A DNA stretch of 64,000 nt, taken from contig NC_086109.1 in NCBI RefSeq assembly GCF_963921235.1, forward strand, positions 5,396,001-5,460,000, read 5' to 3'. Positions within the stretch are counted from its first letter, which is position 1. Each line of letters opens with the position of its first letter. Below the pieces are notes generated by a model. That model saw nothing but the letters and a program-made list of their open reading frames with translations, had not been told where the DNA came from and made no database searches. The stretch comes from Mobula hypostoma. Its lineage: Eukaryota. Positions 50,206-62,340 of the stretch are shown here, one piece after another. A program made the translations under genes and the position numbers.

Positions 50206-50333
50206 GCCACCTGTCTTTGAATGAGTTTATCGATGGAGCTCGCAAGGATAAATGGGTAATGAAGATGCTGCAGATGGACGTGAATCCCGGTAGTTGGATT
50301 AATGAGCAGAGACGGAAAAGTGCTTTGTTTTAA
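50206..50333 (+). CDS. GUCA1B: GCAP2 exon 4 (EF4 C-half, C-terminus)
   Basis: Acceptor CTTTCCTTTCTCCAG, phase-compatible, encoding (G)[41 protein letters not shown]. The RRKSAxF ending is diagnostic of GCAP2. Total CDS is 198+150+115+128 = 591 nt, or 196 aa. Confidence 0.95.
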
Positions 50334-50589
50334 TCGTGCAGTAAAATGCCACAGGATTTGACAAATTTGTAAGCACTTAGATGTAGGAATATATAATACA
50401 AGCAGTGGTTAGTTGGTTGTGTAGAATACTACAAGTCCAGTTCACTCGTTCATTGGCGAGAACTAGGCCCTCGTGTCGCAGGGTCGCCTGTTTCAGCCGC
50501 CCAGGAGAAGCGACACCGGAGGAGAGCAGAGGTCTCTGTGGGCCTGCTGGAATCCCGCTGGTTTGGGGGACTGGCCCCTCCCATCGGTG

Positions 50590-50930
50590 CCGCACCCCCC
50601 AGTATTTGCTCGGTGCTGCCCCCCCAGTGTTCACTTGACGCTAACCCTCTGTTGTTTGCTCGGTGCTGCCCCCCCAGTGTTCACTTGACGCTAACCCTCT
50701 GTTGTTTGCTCGGTGCTGCCCCCCAGTGTTCGCTTGACGCTAACCCTCTGTTGTCTGCTCGGTGCTGCCCCCCAGTGTTCGCTTGACGCTAACCCTCTGT
50801 TGTCTGCTCGGTGCTGCCCCCCAGTGTTCGCTTGACGCTAACCCTCTGTTGTTTGCTCGGTGCTGCCCCCCAGTGTTCGCTTGACGCTAACCCTCAGTTG
50901 TTTGCTCGGTGCTGCCCTCCAGTGTTCATT
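50590..50930. repeat. 49-50-bp minisatellite in the putative GUCA1B 3' UTR
   Basis: TTTGCTCGGTGCTGCCCCCCAGTGTTCGCTTGACGCTAACCCTCTGTTG starting at 50605, 50655, 50705, 50754 and onward. Confidence 0.93.
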
Positions 50931-51960
50931 CAGTGGAAGAACACGCTGGACCAGGATAATTTACCATCAATCTACAACAGGCCATGTCACTCAGAGACTT
51001 GGGCTATATTTTTTTTTCTATGTGACTGTATGTTTTTCTGCTGTCCTTGTCATATGTGCTATTCATGCTATATGCTATGTGTTGTGGGTAATGTGATTTA
51101 CACCTTGGCCCTGCAGGAACACAGTTTTGTTTGGCTCTATTCATGTATGGTTGAATGATAATTAAATTTGAACTTAAACTTGATCCACCTAACACACCAA
51201 TTTTTTTTAAAGAAATGTTCCTCTTAGAAACTCTGTGATGTGGAAGAGGTGAATCACAGGAAGGTAAATTCATTGATTTCTTTTAGTGTCTTTTGAGCAT
51301 ACGTGTATGCAGCCTTATTAAACACATTCTGTGTCCTGGTTCTGTTATTCCGTTACCATGGTCACTAGTGTTAAGGCCAAGCAACCCTCTAGTATTGATC
51401 TTTTGTTAGTCTGAGGGGCAATGCGAGGAAATGGGTTTTCTACTTACAGAGATGTTCTGTCGAATAGTCAAAGCCTGTACAATTGTAGAAGCAATGGTTT
51501 AATCAGGGCTTTCTAAGGACAGTTGGATTACCACTTGAGACAGAATCTTCCTGACTGGAGAGAAACGGAACTGAAAGGATTGCTCTGCTGGGAGCTGGAA
51601 CAGGACCAGTACTGAATGACCTCATCCACTGTACTGCAGCAGTGCAAAGATGATTGGATTTTATAAAATTGTTATCACCGTCAACAACTTTGAAAAGCAT
51701 TGAACCCAGACACAGAACTACAGATACAATGACATGGGCCTGTCGCCAAAGGTCTTCATCACTTTTGAAAAGGATTTTTAAATTTTGAAATGTAAATCAA
51801 ATGACTGCACTCAGTGAGATGATGGTTTGGTGATATTGATGAATCAATAATCTTTCTGACCTCCCTGAGGACCACAGAAGCTGCTGCTGGGCCCCATATC
51901 ATTGACTTAGTTGGAGGTGACTGAGTTTTGTGAATGAACGTGTACTTTGTTAATGAAATT

Positions 51961-51966
51961 AATAAA
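51961..51966 (+). terminator. Candidate GUCA1B polyadenylation signal
   Basis: AATAAA at the end of an AT-rich unique stretch about 1.6 kb after the stop, followed by T/GT-rich sequence. Confidence 0.4.
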
Positions 51967-54900
51967 ATGTTTTGTTATGACAAACGAGCATTATTTTCAT
52001 CTGTGGATTTGAATCTAAAGATGACTTGTGAACTTCCAGGCACCCACAGTGAGCGAGAACGCCATTCTGCCCTCTGACCTAACTGACTGCTCCATCAGCT
52101 CAGGCCTACCTCCACCCGATATCTGCTCAACCATCTTCCACATCCTTGATCCCTTCTCAGCAGGAGTTGGTGTGATGCTGGTAATCACAGTCCAAGTTCC
52201 CCATCTCCAGATGTCCTCACCACGCCGCCCCCTCCTCACCCCTCTTCCAATGTCCTGCCTTACCCCTACCTCCACACCTCTCTCCTCTCCTCCTCCCCCC
52301 CACCCTCCATTCCCCTCCTCTCCACTCCACTCCCCCAACCTTCCCTCCCCTCCATGCCCCGAGGAATAGAGACAGCAGAGAAACAGGCTCTTCGGCCCAT
52401 CTAGACAATGCTAAACCATTAGCCTGCCTAGTCCCATCGACCTGCACCTGGACCATAGCACTTCATACCCCTCCCTTTCTTGTACTTGGCCAAGTTTCTC
52501 TTAAATGTTGAAATCGACTCTGCGTCCACCACCTCCTCTGGCAGTTCATTCCACACTCTTGCCACTCTCTGAGTGAAGGAGCTGCCCCTCTTGTTTCCCT
52601 TAATCGAGGCAAATGCAGAAGGTGAGGGCCAGTTGCCTGCTTTTTTATCACTGGGGGTCACTCTGCTGTGGAGAGGGGAGACTGCCTTTCGATTGCTGGG
52701 GGATTGCTCTGCTACGGAATTGTGATATTCTGTTACCCAGGTTTCTGCGGTTTGGATATGGACTTGGACTATAGACTTTTCTTTTAGTCTAATAGTTTTT
52801 TATATTCTGTGGTTTCCACCTGATCTTTCTCTTTTTTTTGTGTGTGCAGGGGAGTAGGATTTGGGGGTCGATGTGCTGCTCTGTTTTTGTTCGTTTTTTT
52901 GTGCTGGGAGGAGGGATTTGTTTCGTGGCTGTCTGCAGGAAGATGAGTCTCAGGGTTTATTTGTAGTATTCATGCTTTGATAATAAATGTACTTTGAAAA
53001 GCTCTCTACTTTGATACGCCACAACACACACAAAATTCTGGAAGGCAGTGGCCAAAACCCTTCACCGGGACTGGGAAGAAGGTGGGGGTGGGGGTGGGGA
53101 ATGAGTACAAGTTGGCGGGTGATAGGTGAAACCAGGTGAGGGGGGGAGGTGGGTGGGTGGGGAAGGGGTGAAGAAGTAAGAAACTGGGAGGTGATAGGTG
53201 GGGAAGGTGAAGGGCTGAGGAAGAAATGATTTGATAGGAGAGGAGAGTGGATCATGAGAGAAGGGGAGGAGGAAGGGAATCAGAGGGAGGTGATAGGCAG
53301 GCGAGGGAAAGAGAAGGGGTGAGATGGAAAACAGAATAGGGAATGAAAGGTGACAGGAGGGAGAAGGGAGTAATTTCTAGAGGGTGGAGAAATCGATGTT
53401 CATGCCATCTGATTGGAGGCTACCCAGACAGAATATGGGGTGTTTCTCCTCCAGCCTGAGTGTGGCCTCATCGTGGCAGTAGAGGAGGATGTGGACTGAC
53501 ATGTGGGAATGGGAATGGGAAGTCTAATTGACATAGGTGGCCATGGGAAGTCTCAGCTTTTGTGGCGGATAGATCAAAGGTGCTCGACTTTTATACGCCA
53601 TCACCTTGAAATCTATTTGCTTTCCTAGTTACTGGTGGAAGCTGCCCGGCCAGTGTACTGTGCGTCATGTGTGAGTACAGCCAGGTCCCGCAGACTGGCA
53701 TCCCCCTCACATTCACAAAACTACGGGACAATGGTGTGGTCATCAAGCGTGATCGCTCAGCGGTAAGCACATCGCTTTACCATGCCAAGCACCACCGATA
53801 TGGGTTCAATCCCCGTTACTGTCTGCAAGGAGTGTGTACGTTCTCCCTGTGACCGTGAGGATTTCCTCCGGGTGCTCTGGTTTCCTCCAACATTCCTAAA
53901 ACATACAGGACAGGGGTAGAGAGTTGTGGGCGTGCTATGTCGCTGCAGGTGAGATTTGCGGGCTGCCCAGCACAATCCTCACTGATTTGATTTGAGGCGG
54001 ACAATGCATTTCACCCTGTTCGATGTACATGCGACAAATAAAGCTAATCTTCCTGGACTGGAGGGTGGAGAACATCAGGAAGAGGATCATGGAGATATCA
54101 GAGATTGAAGATGCAGCTGTCTGGAGCCAAAAGAAAAGCAACAACAAATTGCAGGAGGAGCTCAGCGGGTCAGAACTAGAATCGACTCAGGCATCCTCTG
54201 TACAGACAGATGGATGGTCTCATCATTTATGAAGCATCAGTAGCGTTATACTGTTTACTTTTTAAACTTGCGTCACAAATGTACCTTATGCTAATGGTCA
54301 ATCATTAGGAATTTATTACCAAATTAACAAATATTTTATTATTTGTTAATTTATTTGTGGTGATATCACTTGTGTTGTATGTACGATTGTGCATCTTGGT
54401 CCGGAGGAATGTTGCTTCGTTTGGTATGTGTATCTGGTTGAGTGACAATGAACTTGACACTAAATCAGGATAATTGTCCACTGGCTCAGAAACTGCTATT
54501 AATTGAGATACAGTGAGGTGTAGACCATTCCAGCCCTTTGAGCTCCACTGCCCAGCATTCCCCAATTTAATCCTAGTCTAATCACGGGACAATTTACAAT
54601 GCTCAATTAACCTACTAACCCATACGTCTTTGGACTGTGGGAGGAAACTGGAGCACCCGGAGGAAACACACGCGGACGCGGGAAAACGTACAAACATCTT
54701 ATGGGCAGTGACGGGAATTGAACCCGAGTCACCTGTACTGTAAAACATTGTGTAAGCCATGCTGCCCTTTTTTTCTTAATGAGAGAAGTCAAAACTTTAA
54801 ACATCGCTCAAGGAATTTCTAAAACGGCCAACTGTGAGGCTCTGTTCAAAGTTCAAAGTTCAAAATACATCTGTCGTCGAAGTACGCAAACTATATGCAA

Positions 54901-55349
54901 CCTTGGGATTTGTCTTCTTACCGGCAGCCACAAAACAAAGAAACGCAACAAAACCCATGAAAAAAGACCATTAAACTCTCAATGTGTGAACAAAGGAACA
55001 AGTTGTGCAATAAAACGAATAACTCTCAGAACTAAAGTTCATGAAGGTGCGTCTGCAGCCCCAGATCCAGTTCATCGCAGCAGCCGCGCCCGGAGCCCGT
55101 TAGTCACAGGCCACAGCTTCTGTTCAGCGCAGAGAGGAGTAAACCTCACGGAGCAGCGAGCTGAACGCCGGCCCGTCCCTGACCTCTGACCCCGGCACCT
55201 CGACCGTTTCAATCTGCTCCTGCATTTAAATCAGCCAAACGTCGGCCTGTGCCTCACTCTCGGGCCCCGGACCCCGGACCCCGGACCCCACCACCTTGAT
55301 TTGGCTTTAATACAAAGAACGAATGAGATGAAGAAAGACTACGGAGAGC

Positions 55350-55812
55350 TCCTCGAAGATGATCCGGGATTGAAAGGATTGTTGAGGAGCGCTTGATGGT
55401 TCTGGGCCTGTACTCACTGGAATTCAGAAGTATGAGGGGTGACCTCATTGAAACCTATCAAATGTTAAAAGGCCTTGAAGGAGTGGATGTGGAGAGGATG
55501 TTTCCTATGGTGGGGGAGTCTAAGACCAGAGGGCACAGCCTCAGAATAGAGAGGTGTCCATTTAGAACAGAGATGAGCAGGAATTCCTTTAGCCAGAGAG
55601 TGGTGAATCTGTGGAATTCACTGCCACAGGGGCTGTGGGGGCCAAGTCATTGAGTAGATTTAAGGCAGTGGTTGACAGAAATTCTTGATTAGTTAGGGCA
55701 TGAAGTGACACGGGGAGAAGGCAGGAGATTGGGGCTGGAGGGAAACAGATCAGCCGTGATGAAATGGAGGAGCAGACTTGATGGGCTGAATGGCCTAATT
55801 CTGCTCCTTTAT
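55350..55812 (+). mobile_element. CR1 3' fragment; further decayed CR1 pieces at about 6760-6990, 11680-12160, 32190-32485, 43040-43865, 57750-58080 and 63200-63420
   Basis: ORF 55393-55653 reads [19 protein letters not shown]...SQRVVNLWNSLP. Confidence 0.82.
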
Positions 55813-58447
55813 CTTCAGGTAATGAATCAGGGAGTGTAAGTGGTGTGGCACTACGGTTTCGGGTTTTTGTCAATTCCTAGACACATTTCCCGTGCACTGA
55901 TCCTTGCTGCATACAAAATCCTCCCCATTTCTCCTGTAGTGTCATAAGATTACAGCCTCTCCATTGTGTGAGGCTCTACGGTATATTACAGCATCTGGAA
56001 GACAATACTCCAAATGGTCAGGCACGCCTGGATTGCACATAAACACAACAACACTTAATCCTTTCCCATGGCCCACACAATACGTTAAGGTATCATCACG
56101 CAAGAATATCATCTAGCACTTTGTACTCTCGATAATAACATGCCTGAGATTACTAAACATTTGTTCCTATTCAAATACTAGTTACCAAGTTTCATTTAAA
56201 ATGCACAGTATATCCTGTACTATTTTTCAAATTTGCTTAGGATAAAATTTACCAGGATAGAGTTACCAAGTTTTATTTTAATCAGAGTATAATTGTGGAG
56301 GGAATGAATACTTAGAACTACATGGAATATAGAGCATAGAATATAGGATATGGAACATAGAAAAATACAGCACAGTACAGGCTGTTTTGCCTACAATGTC
56401 GTGCCAACCTCTTAACCCGCTCTAAGATCAATCTCACCCTCTCCTCCCATATAGTTGTCCTTCCTTTTACATCCACGTACGTCCAGGAGACTCGAAGAAT
56501 CTCTTAATCACCCCTAACGTACCTGCTTCTGCCACCACCCCTGGCAGTGTGTTCAATGCACCCACCAGTCTGTGTAAAAAATTTAACCCTAACATCCCTC
56601 TACAATCACCCTACAAGTAAGCCCCGTTGTATTAGCCCGGCAAACACTGAGAAACTACAAGAAAACAGCGTCAGCTAATGCCAGAAAATTTTACTGAACA
56701 ATTACATAAATAGGGGAGATTATATAAAAATACAAGTAAGCAACATTTGTTTATTATGTGCCGTGTCGTATGACAAGGGCGATCATAGTCTTCCCATGAC
56801 CATGATTGTTCTTGGCAAATGTTTCTACAGAAGTGGTTTGCCATTGCCTTCTTCTGGGCAGTGTCCTTACAAGACGGGTGACCCCAGCCATTATCAACAC
56901 TCTTCATAGATAGTCTGCCTGGCGTCAGTGGTCGCATAACCAGGACTTGTGATCTGCACCGGCTGCTCATACGACCATCAACCACCTGCTCCCATGGTCC
57001 TTGTGATCCTAATCGGGGAGTAAAGCAGGTGCTACACCTTGCCCGGGGTGACCTACAGGCTAGCAGAGGGAAGGAGCACCTTACACCCCCTTTTGTAGAG
57101 ATGCATTTTCACCCCGCTACCATACAAGCACAGGAAAGTTAAAATACAGTTCTACAGCCCAACCCAACACTTGGGACTCCTCTAGTCCAAAGGTCTTTGT
57201 GGATTCAACAGGTGCCTTGTCCAACAATGAACACCCTGTTCCTGCCTCCTTACGATATGAGTTATAATTTTACTTCAAGAATGTTCTCTAATGAACTCGA
57301 GAGGAACTTGGAAAGAACACAAAAGCGAGTTGGACCTGTTTCTGGTTGCACACACACTCCAAGCTCAGCACAGAATCGGAAGGAATGCAAGTGAACGGCT
57401 GGACTGGGGGGGGTGTGGACAGAAGAAGCACCTCTGGTGCTGCGGGAGGGAGAGGAGGTGCCTGGGGTTGACCGGCGGAGGACATACAAAAGTACAGCTC
57501 ATTAAAAGGAGGCCCTTTGGCCCGCTATGTTCTGCCGACCTTACAAACCTTCTCTAAGATCAATCTCAAACACAAGAATGTCCGCAGATGCTGGAAACCC
57601 AAAGAGACGCACATAAAATGCTGGAGGAACTCAGCCGGTCCGGCATCATCTCTGGGCCATTTCGGTCCAAGTGGCCCGCAGAAGGGTCTCAATTCTGCCT
57701 GACCTGCTGAGTTTCTCCGGCATTTTGTGGGTTTTGACTAAGATCAGTCTAACCCATCCCTCCCACCTTCACTTTTCTTTCATCCCTATACCTTTCTAAG
57801 AGTCTCTTAAATGTCCCTAATATGCCAGCCTCTATCGCAGCCTCTGGCGGGCTGTTCCACACACCCACCATTCTCTGTTGAAAGAATCTACTACCGACAC
57901 CGCGCCCCCCCCCCCCGTGCTTTACTCTAATCACCTTAAAATTATGGCCCCTCATGTTAGTCATTCCCACCCTGGGAAAAAGCCTCTGGCTGTCCATCTG
58001 AACTACACCTTTCAAGCCACCTCTCATCCTTCTTCTCTCCAAAGAGCAAAGCCCTAGCTAACTGAACCTATCCTTGTAAGACACGCTCCCTGTCCCCGCC
58101 ACCCCCCCACGGGGAACAGTGCGGAGAGGAGCCTTCATCAGGACAGATCCAACGGAAATTAGGAGATAGGTGGGGGTGGAGACAGTGGGATAATAGAAGG
58201 GAGGGTATACAGGAGGAAGGCTGGGAAAGGAACTGACAGCTGGTGTTTTGCTCCAAAAAGTAGGGGGGGGAGGGGTGACGGAGTTGTGGATAATCAGTCG
58301 ATGCCCTATTAACAAGAAGCAGCCGTGGGGTCACTTGTTGTTGCCACCCAGGAGAGGAGACACCAGAGGTGGTGTGGGAGAAAGCAGAAGCCTCTGCGGA
58401 CATTGTTGGAATCTGTCCTGGGTTGGGAGATGGCCCCACCCATGGGT

Positions 58448-59045
58448 GCGGCTCTCCAGTGTTCGCTTGGTGCTGATCTCCAATGTTTGCTCAGTGCTGC
58501 CCTCTAGTGTTTGCTCATTGCTGCTCTCCAGTAGTCGCTCGGTGCTGCTCCCTAGTGTTCACTCAGTGCTGATCTCCAGTGTTCGTTAAGTGCTGCCCTC
58601 TAGCGTTTGCTCATTGCTGCTCTCCAGTAGTCGCTCGGTGCTGCCCCCTAATGTTCACTCAGTGCTGCTCCCTAGTGTTTGCTCATTGCTGCTCTCCAGT
58701 AGTCGCTCGGTGCTGCTCCCTAGTGTTTACTCAGTGCTGATCTCCAGTGTTTGCTCAGTGCTGCCCTCTAGGGTTTGCTCGTTGCTGCTCTCCAACAGTC
58801 GCTCGGTGCTGCTCCCTAGTGTTCGCTCAGTGCTGATCTCCAGTGTTCGCTCAGTGCTGCCCTCTAGTGTTTGCTCATTGCTGCTCTCCAGTAGTCGCTC
58901 GGTGCTGCCCCCTAGTGTTCACTCAGTGCTGATCTCCAGTGTTTGCTCAGTGCTGCCCCCTAGTGTTTGCTTGTTGCTGCTCTCCAGTAGTCACTCAGTG
59001 CTGGTCTCCAGTTTTCACTTGCTGCTGCCCTCTAGTGTTCACTCA
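58448..59045. repeat. ~24-bp minisatellite (CTCCAGTGTTCGCTCAGTGCTG..) with higher-order variant pattern
   Basis: Directly visible, and it produces the S/V/L-repeat ORF 58590-59138. Confidence 0.92.
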
Positions 59046-59818
59046 GTGGAAGACAAGCTGGACCAGGACAACATTCCAAGCACCATCAATCTACAGGCCA
59101 TGCCAGTGAGGGACTTGAGCAATATTATTTTTGTGTGACTGTGTGTTTTTCTGCTATTGTGACTATGTGTGCTCTGTGCTGTGTGCTGTTGGTACTGCGC
59201 TTTGCAACTTGTTCCCAGAGGAGCGTTGTTTCATTTGGCTGGATACATGTCTGGTTGAATGATAATTAAACTTGAACTTGATTCCCACACTCACTCCCAC
59301 TTCCCACAGACTGCCATGCATAACAATAATATGACCTCCTAATTTCCAAGTGATTTATCTGCCCGAGTTTACAATCACTGCTGAAGAGAACCCAAGAGAC
59401 ATATTAAACAGTGAACCATTATCGCTGACTCCCTCCCTCACTGGGCCGGGACAGCACACAGAGAGAGATCAATCATCCACTACTGTGTTCTTAATGTCAG
59501 GGCAACACTGTTCGATTTGGGTCTAAACTGCTAGATCAATTGTTGTTTTTCTTCCAGTTTAATATTATGTTTTCTTCTGTGTTTTTAAATCCCTTGTTCA
59601 TAAATGTTCAGGAGATTTTCAGTAATTTGTAGTACAGTTGGTTCTGTACTTTTGCAGTTTGTCTGTGAGCCTGAGATAACATTTGCAGCTAAGTCAGGCC
59701 TGTTCCTCATTTCACAGGCTCTTCTTATCAGAGAAAACATCCTTATCAGAGAAAACATCCTTATCAAACCAGCTGCACCTAGTTTACAGCAAAAAGAGAG
59801 AACATGGTCTGCAGTCCT

Positions 59819-59896
59819 TTAGTTCTTGCCTTCTCTCCATACTTGCCTTTTCCTTTGGCTTGTTATTGGCTGCTGTGTAGTACAGGCTGACCCTGT
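59819..59896 (-). other. Candidate terminal exon of the same unidentified gene
   Basis: Acceptor TGTTTTATTTGGTGTTTATTCTAG, followed by unique sequence. The phase-0 reading is TGSACTTQQPITSQRKRQVWREGKN*. Confidence 0.2.
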
Positions 59897-59949
59897 CTAG
59901 AATAAACACCAAATAAAACAGATGTAACCCTCGGACATTCAGCTATGGC

Positions 59950-60190
59950 CAGTGACCTTCCGTGACCCTCGGCGACCCTCGGAGACCTTCGGACTCTCAT
60001 AATCCCTTGGACACTCAGTAACTGTCAGACAGTGGCCATCAGACCGTCAGTGACACTCGGTCCCTGAGTGACTCTCCACGCTCGCCAGACACTCAGAGAC
60101 CCTCAGACCCTCAGCCTTCCAGACCCTCAGACCTTGGGTGGTTATTGGAACCTAAGTGATCCTCAGAGACCCCCAGTGACCCTCGGACAC
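59950..60190. repeat. Degenerate short tandem repeat (GACCCTCAG/GACCCTCGG)
   Basis: Repeated GACCCTC(A/G)G motifs. Confidence 0.65.
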
Positions 60191-62182
60191 GTCCCTTCCC
60201 CAGCCACACCCGCAGCCTCACCGCCATCTCTGCGACCACAGGATGGGGAAAGCTCTCATGAGTCCTGGCCCTCTACACTCCATTTGGTTTTCCCCCACCC
60301 CATTGTCCTGTGCTTGAAAAGACAGAAGACGTGGGTGTGCTCTGGGCAGGGGTCTGGAACTTTGGATCAACCGGACAGTGTCCAATCCTGGGTATGTGCA
60401 CGTCACCCCTCCTCTAACCGTGGGAAGTCACTGAGCTGTTCATCCAATGAGTGCTGGTGGGGGAAGGGGTGGGTGCACAGCAAGATCTCACACAAGGCTT
60501 GGGACGGTGGCCAATGGCAGGTGTCTGAAGAAAAACTCCATCCCAACTCCAAATGGCCATTTGGCCCCAAGTGTCCATGCCAGCTTCCTGCCAGAGCACT
60601 CCCATCAACTCCACCCCCTCCTCACGCCCCCCCTATGACCCCTGTAACATTCTCTTTCTCACGCATATGGCCGACAGCGCCACACCCTGGGGGTAACTTA
60701 CAGCAACCTGTCTGGACTCTGGGATGTGGGAGGGAATCAAGGCACCCTGGGGATCCTGACCAGACAACGCCCAAGGTCAGAATTGAACCTGAGACAACAG
60801 AGTTATCGGGCAGCAGCCCCCATCACCACTGTGTCACCCGGCACCTCTCCGAAGCTGGTCAGCACTTAGCTTTAACATCTCACTCTCCGAGAGCACGGAG
60901 CTCCCTCTGTCCCGTCCCGCACTGGAGGGTGAACTCAGGTTCTGGTGGAGTCGCTGGACGGTCCTGGGCCCACCATGTTGAGGATCAGGGAAAGGTCTGA
61001 CCAACACATCCAATCCTGACAGGCTGTCCTCTTCTCTAAATGCTCAATGCATCGTAATTCATTTCCCATTTCCACACCGATATCTCTGTCCAGGGCCTGT
61101 TCCACTGCCAAACTGAGGTCAGATGCAGATTAATGGGGTAACAACTGATATTCTGTCTTGGTATTCTCCAAAATGAATCAGGAACATTGTATTTCTTTAA
61201 CTTCTGATAACCACTCCCTGCTGTCTCCACACTTTGTTTTCCTCCTTCCCACTGACCCCATCTTCCCCCTCTCCCACCCTCTCCATCTCTCCATCTGCCC
61301 ACCCCATTTCCTTCATCCGGTTTTCCTCTTTGCCTCCTTCACTATATTCCATGGTCTACAGTCCTCTCCTATCAGATTCCACCTTCTTCGTCATTTTGTC
61401 ACTTCCACCTATCACCTCTCAGCTTCTTACATCATACCCGCCTCCCTTACTTGGCTATCACCCCCTCACCAGTATCCACCTATCACCTCCCAGCTTCATA
61501 CATCTTTGTCGCCTCCCTCACCTGTCTATCATCCCAGTCACATGTATCCACCTATCACCTTTCGGCTTCTTACATCATTCCCCCTTCCCTTACCCGTCTA
61601 TCACCTCCCCCTCAACTACTTGCTCTCACCTTCCAGCCCTTGCTTCCACTTTTTACACCATCTAAGAGATGGTGTAGAGATGGTCGATAAGAGCTGGTGT
61701 TGAGATGGTCTCTAAGAGATGGCTAAGATATGGTCTTTCTCTCCAGTCCTGTTGAAGAGTCTCAGCCTGAAATGTCCACTGTCTATTTCCCTCCACAGAT
61801 GCTGCCGCCCTGCTCGGTTCTTCCAGCACTTTGTGTGTAGATTTCAATCATCTGTGGTCTCTCATGTGTCTGTCTAACACAGATGCTGAGTTCTTCCAGC
61901 ACTTTGCTCCAGATTTCCAGCATCTGTGGCTTCTCTTGCATCTGTCTTTAAACATCCAATTCATAGTTTTTATTTGGTTCTAATTAGACACACACAACAG
62001 GTGGCAAGTATCTGATTTCCGCAGAATTCCGCTTGAAGGTCCTGGTTTCCTTTCCGCCTGCCCACCTCCAGGACATTGTCTCTGAACAGAATTCTCTCCA
62101 CTTGCACGACGTTGGATTTCACACGACTGCACTTGTGCCAGGCCTGTTATATTTGCATTGGCTGACAGCCAAGTCTACTCAC

Positions 62183-62228
62183 TAAATGTCGATGGGAATT
62201 GTTTTCAGCCAGCAAAAGTTTCAATGCA
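62183..62228 (-). other. Candidate 46-nt exon of an unidentified convergent gene
   Basis: CCTATCAG acceptor and TTA|GTGAGT donor, with a single open frame ALKLLLAENNSHRHL. No homology was recognised. Confidence 0.2.
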
Positions 62229-62301
62229 CTGATAGGACAGATTCAGAATCAGATTTATTTACCACATGCTCAAAAGTCTGATGCACCCTAGCTACTGTAT
62301 A

Positions 62302-62340
<39 letters not shown>

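Noticed and set aside
60068..61000. 310-aa ORF on the + strand
   Set aside because: It has a non-ATG start inside a tandem repeat, runs through decayed SINE-like sequence and shows no recognisable domain.
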